From the NCBI RefSeq assembly GCF_035643755.1, contig NZ_DASQPW010000297.1, positions 13,785-77,784 of the forward strand: a stretch of DNA of 64,000 bases, given 5' to 3'. Origin of the DNA: Stackebrandtia sp. (lineage in GTDB: Bacteria > Actinomycetota > Actinomycetes > Mycobacteriales > Micromonosporaceae). The position numbers were made by a program, and so were the translations under genes. Below the pieces are notes generated by a model. The model ran no database searches, had not been told where the DNA came from, and saw only the letters and a program-made list of their open reading frames with translations. Position 1 is the first letter of the stretch, and every line of letters begins with the position of its first letter. Of this stretch, positions 56,925-64,000 are shown piece after piece.

Positions 56925-57817
56925 GCGAGATTCTCACCGGACAGTCGGCAGTGGACGAGCTGCTGAACGTCCTGGACCTGGAGGCCATCGAGGTCAACAT
57001 CTTCCGCGGCATCGGCCCGCGGGTGTCGCCGCAGCGGGTGTTCGGCGGCCAGGTCGCCGGCCAGGCGCTGGTCGCCGCGGGCCGCACCGTCGAGGGCGAC
57101 CGGCGGGTGCACTCGCTGCACGGCTACTTCGTGCGCCCCGGCGACTCCACCAAGCCCATCGTGTACGAGGTGGACCGCATCAGGGACGGGCGGTCGTTTT
57201 CGGTGCGGCGCGTCGTCGCGGTGCAAAACGGCCACACCATCTTCTTCATGTCCGCGTCGTTCCACACGGGGGAGGACGGCCTGGAACACTCCGAGGCCGA
57301 ACCCGCCGACGTCCCCGAGCCGACCTCGGTGCCGAATCTCGCCGCCAGCCTCGCCGACCACCCCGACCGCCTCGAGGTGTGGGGACGCGTGCCGCGCCCC
57401 ATCGACGTGCGCTACGTCGGCGAGTCGGGGTACGCCGTGCACGGCGAACGCGAGGCCGGAAACCAACAGCGCGTGTGGATGCGGGTGGACGGGAAGCTGC
57501 CCGACGACCCGCTGCTGCACGTGTGCGTGCTGACCTACGCCAGCGACCTCACCCTGCTGGACACCGTGCTCAACCGCCACGGCGAGGTGTGGGGCGCGGG
57601 CGGATACCTCGGCACCAGTCTCGACCACGCCATGTGGTTCCACCGCCCCTTCCGCGCCGACGAATGGTTCCTGTTCGACTCCACCAGCCCGTCGGCCTCG
57701 GCGGGCCGCGGCCTGGCCACCGGCCAGTTCTACACCGCCGACGGACGCCACATCGCCTCGGCCGTCCAAGAGGGACTGTTGCGGGCGATGCCCGTGGCGC
57801 CCCCCGGCGTGCCGTAG
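56921..57817 (+). CDS. tesB: Acyl-CoA thioesterase II
   Basis: VFGGQVAGQAL, HSLHGYF, YASD, SLDHAMWFH, QEGL. Confidence 0.95.
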   Translation: MSEILTGQSAVDELLNVLDLEAIEVNIFRGIGPRVSPQRVFGGQVAGQALVAAGRTVEGDRRVHSLHGYFVRPGDSTKPIVYEVDRIRDGRSFSVRRVVAVQNGHTIFFMSASFHTGEDGLEHSEAEPADVPEPTSVPNLAASLADHPDRLEVWGRVPRPIDVRYVGESGYAVHGEREAGNQQRVWMRVDGKLPDDPLLHVCVLTYASDLTLLDTVLNRHGEVWGAGGYLGTSLDHAMWFHRPFRADEWFLFDSTSPSASAGRGLATGQFYTADGRHIASAVQEGLLRAMPVAPPGVP

Positions 57818-57882
57818 ACGCCCGCGAAGAATCCGCAGGATACGGTGCGGGTATCCGAACCGGATAGGCGACAATGTCATCT

Positions 57883-58332
57883 ATGCGTCTATCCGCCCGA
57901 GTCGACTACGCCCTGCGCGCCGCCGTTGAACTGACCGTGTCGAGCCCGGCATGGACGCCCGCCGAGAAGGTCGCCGCCGCCGCCGACATCCCCGGCAAGT
58001 TCTGCGAATCCATCCTGCTGCAGCTGCGCCGCGGCGGTCTCATCGAATCCCGCCGCGGCCCCGACGGCGGCCACCGCCTGGCCCGCCCCGCCCGCGACAT
58101 CACCCTGGCCGACATCATCCGCGTCGTCGACGGCCCCCTCGTCGGCGTCCGCGGCCGCCGCCCCGAACACGTCGACTACTCCGGCGCCGCCCACGCCCTC
58201 CAGGACGTGTGGATCGCGCTGCGCGCCAGCGAACGCAAGATCCTCGAATCGGTCACCCTGGCCAACGTCTCCAGCGGCAAACTCCCCACCGCCGTCCGCA
58301 AGCTCACCGAGGACCCCGCCGCCTGGTCCTGA
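57883..58332 (+). CDS. Rrf2 family regulator
   Basis: MRLSARVDYALRA, L..LRRGGLIESRRGPDGG..LARPA..ITLADIIR.VDGPL. Confidence 0.92.
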   Translation: MRLSARVDYALRAAVELTVSSPAWTPAEKVAAAADIPGKFCESILLQLRRGGLIESRRGPDGGHRLARPARDITLADIIRVVDGPLVGVRGRRPEHVDYSGAAHALQDVWIALRASERKILESVTLANVSSGKLPTAVRKLTEDPAAWS

Positions 58333-58434
58333 CGCCGCACCCGGGCATCGGCTGTTTCGCGCGCCCAGTGGCGCAGCTCACCTCGACGTATCATCGCTAC
58401 ACGGGTACCCGCCAGCAGCGAAGGGAACGTCATC

Positions 58435-59394
58435 ATGAGCCGACCATTCGCCTCCAGCGCCGACCTGACGGCGAAGAAGCAGACCCTGGAGCTGCTGGCC
58501 GACGGCGTGTACGCCCTGACCGCCGAGGGCGACCCCAACGTCGCGGCCATCGAGGGAGAAGACTTCCTCGTGTGCTTCGAGGCGATGGCCACCCCGCACG
58601 CCGCCCGAAAATGGCTCGAGGAACTCCACCACCACACCGACAAACCCGTGCGCTACCTGGTGCTCAGCCACTACCACGCGGTGCGCGTCCTGGGCGCCTC
58701 CGCCTTCGGCACCGACGCCATCATCGCCCACGACAACACCCGCGCCCTCATCGCCGAACGCGGAAAGGCCGACTGGGAAAGCGAACTGGGGCGGATGCCG
58801 CGCCTGTTCGACCACCCCCAGTCCATACCGGGACTGACCTGGCCCACCATCACCTTCACCGACTCCATGACCATCCAGCTGGGCGGCGACCGCGGCGAAC
58901 TCGTCCTGGCCCACTGCGGATACGGACACACCGAGGGCGACATCATCGCCTGGCTGCCGAAGCAGAAGATCCTGTTCGCGGGCGACCTCGTCGAAACCCA
59001 GGCCGCACTGTACACAGGAGACGCCTACCACCAGCGCTGGGCGACGTCCACACTCGACCACGTCGCGTCCTTCGAGGCCGAGATCCTGGTCGGCGGGCGC
59101 GGCGCCTGCGCCCACGGCCGCGCCGCCGTCGACGCCTCCATCGCCCAGACCCGCGACTTCCTCGACACCATGCTGCGCGAGGTCGGCAAGATCCACGCCG
59201 CCGACGGCGACCTGCGCGAGGCCTTCGCCACCGTCCACAATGCCCTGGAACCCGAATACGGCGCCTGGCCGATCTTCGAACACTGCCTGCCGTTCAACGT
59301 CAGCCGCCTGTGGGACGAACTGTCGGGCATCACCCGCCCCCGCGTGTGGACCGCCGAACGCGACCGCGACATCTGGGCCACCCTCGAGGAATAA
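58435..59394 (+). CDS. MBL-fold protein with atypical HYHAVR motif
   Basis: SHYHAVRVLGA, GHTEGD, LFAGDLVE, IFEHCLPFNV. Confidence 0.85.
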   Translation: MSRPFASSADLTAKKQTLELLADGVYALTAEGDPNVAAIEGEDFLVCFEAMATPHAARKWLEELHHHTDKPVRYLVLSHYHAVRVLGASAFGTDAIIAHDNTRALIAERGKADWESELGRMPRLFDHPQSIPGLTWPTITFTDSMTIQLGGDRGELVLAHCGYGHTEGDIIAWLPKQKILFAGDLVETQAALYTGDAYHQRWATSTLDHVASFEAEILVGGRGACAHGRAAVDASIAQTRDFLDTMLREVGKIHAADGDLREAFATVHNALEPEYGAWPIFEHCLPFNVSRLWDELSGITRPRVWTAERDRDIWATLEE

Positions 59395-59407
59395 AGGGAG
59401 CCACCCG

Positions 59408-60973
59408 ATGAACCAGTTCGGTTGGCCACCAAGCGTTCGCGCGACAACGCCGCGCGCCGCGGCCCGGGCGATCGTCATCGGCGCGGGACCCGTCGGACAG
59501 ACCACCGCGCTGCTGCTGGCCCGCTGGGGACTGGCCGTGGAGCTGCTGGACGCCGCGCCCCGACGCGACGCCGTCGGCTCCAAGTCGATCTGCCAACAAC
59601 GCGACGTCCTGGACATCTGGTCGGCCGTCGGCGCGCCCGACATCGCCGCCGAGGGTCTCACCTGGACCACCGCCCGCACCTTCTACCGCGACCGCGAAAT
59701 CCACCGCTGGAGCTTCGCGCCCACGACGGGCACGCCGCCGTTCGTCAACATCTCCCAAACCCGCACCGAACACCACCTCGACCGCGCCATCGCCCGCCAG
59801 CCGCGCATCCGCGTCACCTTCGACGCCCGCGCCACCGCCATCACCGACCACGGCACCCACCCGCGCGTCCGCCTCGCCGACGGGCGCGCCCTGGCCGCCG
59901 ACTACGTCGTGGCCTGCACCGGCGCCCGCGACGGGGGACTGCGCGACAGCCTCGGCATCACCTTCGACGGCACCACCCACCCCGACCGCTTCCTGATCTG
60001 CGACATCGCCGCCGACCTCCCCGGCCACGCCCACGAACGCCACTTCCACTTCGACCCCTCGGCCAACCCCGGGCGCCAGATCCTCATCCACCCCTGCCCC
60101 CAGGACACCTACCGCATCGACTGGCAGGTCGCCGAGAACTACCGGGCCGACCGCGACGACCTCGACGCCCGCATCCGCGCCGTCCTCGGCGACACCCCCT
60201 ACCGCCTACTGTGGAACACCGCCTACCGCTTCCACTCCCGCATCGCCTCCACCCTCCACACCGGACGCGTCCTGCTCGCCGGCGACGCCGCCCACCTGTG
60301 CGCCCCCTTCGGCGCCCGCGGCCTCAACTCGGGCATCGCCGACGCCGAAAACGCCGCCTGGAAGATCGCCGCCCACGCCCACGGCTGGGCCGCCCCCGAC
60401 ATCCTCGCCACCTACCACACCGAACGCCACGCCGCCGCCCGCGAAAACCAGTCCGTCGTCGACGCCACCATGGACCTCCTCGCCCCCACCACCCCCCAAT
60501 CCCGACATCGCCGCCGCGCCACCCTCACCGCCGCCGCCAACGATCCCGCCCGCGCCGCCGCCATCGACTCGGGACGATTCGCCGAGCCCTACTGGTACGA
60601 CGCCTCGCCCCTCACCACACCCGACCCCACCCGCGCCGCCCCCGGGCGACCCCCCAAGGGCCAACCCCAGCCCGCCGCGCCCGGCACCATCACCCCGGAC
60701 ACCCCGCTGCCCGACGCCACCCCGCTGCGCCAGGCGCTGCGCGGCCACTTCACCCTCCTGACCACCCAAGCCGCCTCCCACGCCCCGCCACCGCTGCGCA
60801 CCCTCACCCTCACGCCCGCCACCGCCGAGACCATCGGCATGCGACCGAACGAGACCTGGCTCGTGCGCCCCGACGCCCACCTCGCCGCCACCCTCACCAC
60901 CCCCACCCCCGACGACGTCACCGCCGCGCTACGCCGCGCGGTCGCCCGGCACCCGGCCCCCCAACCCCGCTAA
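59408..60973 (+). CDS. FAD-dependent monooxygenase (aromatic hydroxylase family)
   Basis: GAGPVG, LAGDAAH..APFGARGLNSG..DAEN..WK, LVRPD.H. Confidence 0.9.
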   Translation: MNQFGWPPSVRATTPRAAARAIVIGAGPVGQTTALLLARWGLAVELLDAAPRRDAVGSKSICQQRDVLDIWSAVGAPDIAAEGLTWTTARTFYRDREIHRWSFAPTTGTPPFVNISQTRTEHHLDRAIARQPRIRVTFDARATAITDHGTHPRVRLADGRALAADYVVACTGARDGGLRDSLGITFDGTTHPDRFLICDIAADLPGHAHERHFHFDPSANPGRQILIHPCPQDTYRIDWQVAENYRADRDDLDARIRAVLGDTPYRLLWNTAYRFHSRIASTLHTGRVLLAGDAAHLCAPFGARGLNSGIADAENAAWKIAAHAHGWAAPDILATYHTERHAAARENQSVVDATMDLLAPTTPQSRHRRRATLTAAANDPARAAAIDSGRFAEPYWYDASPLTTPDPTRAAPGRPPKGQPQPAAPGTITPDTPLPDATPLRQALRGHFTLLTTQAASHAPPPLRTLTLTPATAETIGMRPNETWLVRPDAHLAATLTTPTPDDVTAALRRAVARHPAPQPR

Positions 60974-61134
60974 ACTCCCGAATTCGTGCCTCCCCAACGG
61001 CGCGAGCTTGCCACCGACGTACCCCGCTGCCAGGATGGGACGCCTAACAGGCTTCGCCGACGCGCACCGACCCACGGGGAGACCACCACACCCCTGCCGA
61101 CCACGACGGTTCCACACCAACGGAGAGAGAAACC

Positions 61135-61656
61135 ATGACCTACCCAGGACAGGCACCATCCTTCCTGCCCCCCGCGCCCCCGTCCCGGCCCTCGCGCGCC
61201 GGCGGCATCATCCTGCTCCTGGCCGGCCTGCTGGGCGTCGGCGCGGCCTTCGTGTCCTATATCAACATCGAGGGCTTTGACCAGACCATCAGCCTCAAGT
61301 ACATGTTCGACGAGATTGGCAAGAGCAGCGCCCCCGCCCCGGGCGGCCTCGACAACCCGCAGTTCTGGTTCCTGGCCGCCGTCGGCGCGGGCGGCGCCGC
61401 CGTTCTCTTTGGACTCATCGGCCTGGCCGGCAACAAGGGCGTCAACATCACCGCCGGCATCTTCGGCCTCCTGGCCGCCATCGGCATGGCCTACCCCCCG
61501 ATCTGGGCCTTCACCGGCGCCAGCCTCTCCGACATGGCCAAGCACGCCGGCGACATCCTCAAGATCCTCGGCCCCGGCTACTACATGCTGACCGGCGGGG
61601 CGTTCCTCGCCCTCATCGGAGCGGTCATCGCCTTCATCGGCTCCGCCAAGAAATAA
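61135..61656 (+). CDS. Hypothetical membrane protein (about 4 TM)
   Basis: Hydrophobic helices, GGAGAG RBS, followed by a hairpin. Confidence 0.75.
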   Translation: MTYPGQAPSFLPPAPPSRPSRAGGIILLLAGLLGVGAAFVSYINIEGFDQTISLKYMFDEIGKSSAPAPGGLDNPQFWFLAAVGAGGAAVLFGLIGLAGNKGVNITAGIFGLLAAIGMAYPPIWAFTGASLSDMAKHAGDILKILGPGYYMLTGGAFLALIGAVIAFIGSAKK

Positions 61657-61668
61657 CCCCAAACCACT

Positions 61669-61698
61669 GTGGGCACCGGACGGATGTCCGGTGCCCAC
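61669..61698. terminator. Terminator hairpin between convergent genes
   Basis: GTGGGCACCGGAC-ggat-GTCCGGTGCCCAC, perfect 13-bp stem between the membrane gene and the tRNA. Confidence 0.8.
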
Positions 61699-61708
61699 GG
61701 CTATGCGG

Positions 61709-61782
61709 TGCCCTGGGTGGGATTCGAACCCACACTGTATGGATTTTGAGACCATCTTCTCTGCCAGTTGGAATACCAGGGC
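61709..61782 (-). tRNA. tRNA-Leu (CAA), 74 nt, CCA not fully encoded
   Basis: Acceptor GCCCTGG/CCAGGGC, D-loop TGGCA, anticodon loop CTCAAAA, T-arm GTGGG-TTCGAAT-CCCAC. Confidence 0.93.
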
Positions 61783-61959
61783 GTACCCCCGCGCGGCGCC
61801 TCATCATAGCGGCACCCGCGCGCCACTGTAGGCAGCCCCTCCCGTGGGCGCAACGCGTTTGTGGCGTCCCAGTCGTCAATACTCCCGCGCCCGGGTGCGC
61901 CCTGACCCGTTAGGCTTTGGGCTTCCGCTGACGTAATCGCTGGAAAGGTGCCACGGGCC

Positions 61960-62574
61960 ATGACGGGCAATGCCGCCGACGCCGCCGTTCGCCGAGTGTT
62001 GATCGCCGAGGATGAGGGGTTGATTCGGCTCGACCTGGCCGAGATGTTGACCGAGGAGGGGTATGAGGTCGCCGCGGAGGCCGCCGACGGGGAGACGGCG
62101 GTGCGGTTGGCGGAGGAGAAGCGCCCCGATTTGGTGATCTGCGATATCCAGATGCCGATTATGGATGGGCTGCAGGCCGCCGAGAAGATCGTGGCGGCGC
62201 GGATCGCGCCGGTGGTGATTCTGACGGCATTCAGTCAACGGGATCTGATTGAGCGGGCGCGTAACGCCGGGGCGATGGCGTACCTGGTGAAGCCTTTTCA
62301 AAAGAGCGATCTGGTGCCGGCGATCGAATTGTCGATGGCGCGATTCGCGGAGATGACGGCGCTGGAGCGTGAGGTCGCGGGGTTGGCGGAGCGGCTCGAG
62401 GTGCGCAAGTTGGTGGATCGGGCGAAGGGCTTGTTGATGACGCGGTACGGGATGGGTGAGCCCGACGCGTTTCGGTGGATCCAGCGGGCGGCGATGGATC
62501 ATCGTCTGTCCATGAAGGATGTTTCGGTGCGGATCGTCGAGGAGTCGCAACCGGGGGCCGAGGAGACCGAGTAG
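61960..62574 (+). CDS. pdtaR: ANTAR-domain response regulator PdtaR
   Basis: IAEDE.LIRLDL, DIQMP, LTAFSQRDL, RKLVDRAKGLLM...IQRAAMD.R; adjacent to tRNA-Leu as in mycobacteria. Confidence 0.9.
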   Translation: MTGNAADAAVRRVLIAEDEGLIRLDLAEMLTEEGYEVAAEAADGETAVRLAEEKRPDLVICDIQMPIMDGLQAAEKIVAARIAPVVILTAFSQRDLIERARNAGAMAYLVKPFQKSDLVPAIELSMARFAEMTALEREVAGLAERLEVRKLVDRAKGLLMTRYGMGEPDAFRWIQRAAMDHRLSMKDVSVRIVEESQPGAEETE

Positions 62575-62763
62575 GGCCTGGTGTGGCCATGGCCTCAAAA
62601 CGGTAACGATGCGTCGCGATTCGGCCGTGACGCTTCTTTATGGCGGGATTCTTGGATATTGTCCAGCCTCATCAGGTGATTGATCGCACCTGTGTTGTTC
62701 GACATCGTGCCTGGACTGTGCGGTGCGAACCAGTGTCCGATGAGGCGAGAAGGGCGAGAAACC

Positions 62764-63915
62764 GTGAAACGGAAAGTATCCCGGTTGCTGGCGTTGACGG
62801 CCGCGGCGGCGACGCTCGCGGGTGCGCTGACGGCGTGTGGCAATCCGAACGCGAGCGGCGGCGGCGACTGTAAAGACGCCAAGTACGCGATTGGCAACAT
62901 GGGGGCGTTGTCGGGTCCGAACGCTGGTTTGGGCACGGTGATGCGCGATGGTGCCAAGACCGCGATCGACTTGTACAACAAGAAGCACTCCGACGCCAAG
63001 GTATGCCTTGTGGAGGAAGACTCGCAGGGCAACGAGAAGGACGCCCCGGGTGTGGCGAAGCAGCTGGTGAAGAACAAGAAGGTGCTGGGCGTTGTGGGCC
63101 CGGGCTTCTCGGGTGAGTCGATGGCGGCCGACCCGATCTTCGACGAGGCCGGCCTGACCATCATCTCGGGTTCGGCGACGGCCCCCGAGCTGGCCGAAAA
63201 GGGCTGGAAGGTGTTCCACCGCACGATCGGTAACGACGCGGTCCAGGGTCCCGCGGACGCGAAGTTCATCGAGGAGACCCTGAAGGCCAAGAAGGTCTTC
63301 GTGGTCGACGACAAGACCGCCTACGGTGCGGGCCTGTCGAAGACGCTGCAGAAGGCGCTGGGCGACAAGGTCGTCGGCACCGAGCACTCCAAGACCAAGC
63401 AGACCGAGTTCGGCCCGATCATCTCGAAGGTCAAGCAGGCCAAGCCGGACGTGATCTTCTACTCCGGGTACTACCCCGAGGGTGGTCCGTTCGCCGACCA
63501 GCTGCGCAAGGCGGGCGTGAAGGCCACGTTCGTCGGCCCCGACGGTCTCAAGGACGAGAACTTCATCAAGGGTGCCGGTAAGGCGCACGCCGAGGGCACC
63601 ATCCTCACCTGCCCGTGCATTCCCGGTGAGAAGGCCAAGGGCACCTTCGCCAAGGACTTCAAGAAGGACATCGGCGAGGCGCCGGGCACCTACGGTGCCG
63701 AGGCCTTCGACGCGGCGAACGTGTTCCTGGACGGCATCAACTCCGGCATCAAGGACCGCAAGGCCATGTTGGACTACGTCAACAAGTACGACAAGGACGG
63801 CGCCAGCAAGCACATCAAGTTCGACTCCAAGGGCAACATCGAAGAGGACGTTGTCTGGACTTACAAGGTGAAGGACGGCAAGATCGTCGCGAATGCGCCG
63901 ATCGAGATGTCATAA
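62764..63915 (+). CDS. Branched-chain amino acid ABC transporter substrate-binding lipoprotein (LivJ/K-like)
   Basis: Lipobox LTAC, GALSGPNA.LG, VVGPGFSGES, SATAPEL, DDKTAYG.GL. Confidence 0.9.
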   Translation: MKRKVSRLLALTAAAATLAGALTACGNPNASGGGDCKDAKYAIGNMGALSGPNAGLGTVMRDGAKTAIDLYNKKHSDAKVCLVEEDSQGNEKDAPGVAKQLVKNKKVLGVVGPGFSGESMAADPIFDEAGLTIISGSATAPELAEKGWKVFHRTIGNDAVQGPADAKFIEETLKAKKVFVVDDKTAYGAGLSKTLQKALGDKVVGTEHSKTKQTEFGPIISKVKQAKPDVIFYSGYYPEGGPFADQLRKAGVKATFVGPDGLKDENFIKGAGKAHAEGTILTCPCIPGEKAKGTFAKDFKKDIGEAPGTYGAEAFDAANVFLDGINSGIKDRKAMLDYVNKYDKDGASKHIKFDSKGNIEEDVVWTYKVKDGKIVANAPIEMS

Positions 63916-63928
63916 CCTGTTTTTTCTT

Positions 63929-63975
63929 CGAGGGCACGAACCCCACATCACGACGGTGTCGGGTTCGTGCCTTCG
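63929..63975 (+). terminator. Stem-loop after the substrate-binding gene
   Basis: CGAGGGCACGAACCC...GGGTTCGTGCCTTCG. Confidence 0.7.
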
Positions 63976-64000
63976 GTGAGACTGACCTCGCGGATTGGTA

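Noticed and set aside
60974-61782. Integrative element or prophage at tRNA-Leu
   Set aside because: No integrase, and I found no duplicated tRNA 3' end (att site) in the window

Overview
A 64-kb chromosomal window from a high-GC actinomycete. The right half is mostly core genes: ruvCAB, yajC-secDF, relA, a cyclophilin, hisS, gltBD, pyk, tesB, tRNA-Leu(CAA), pdtaR and a branched-chain amino acid binding protein. The left half is a series of accessory modules: a two-P450/ferredoxin/TetR cassette, a GntR-MFS-amidohydrolase unit, a Ser/Thr kinase, a fabG4/htdX/fadA2-type fatty-acid cluster, a Dps-HdeD-Clp stress operon and a GNAT-NSAR/OSBS operon. The best candidate for an undescribed system is a compact putative thioamide RiPP cluster at 13633-17213. 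It has an easily missed 53-aa candidate precursor with a strong RBS, a perfect 13-bp stem-loop, then closely coupled YcaO, long TfuA and SAM-methyltransferase genes. Other notable observations: a ClpG-like ATPase lacking the ClpP loop, a stop-less DUF6194-like gene with a 75-bp insertion, a MITE-like element supplying the gltD stop, several operator palindromes, and a sharp local G/C-skew inversion near the tRNA. I saw no CRISPR array, integrase or transposase. All family calls come from motif recognition by eye; no database searches were run.
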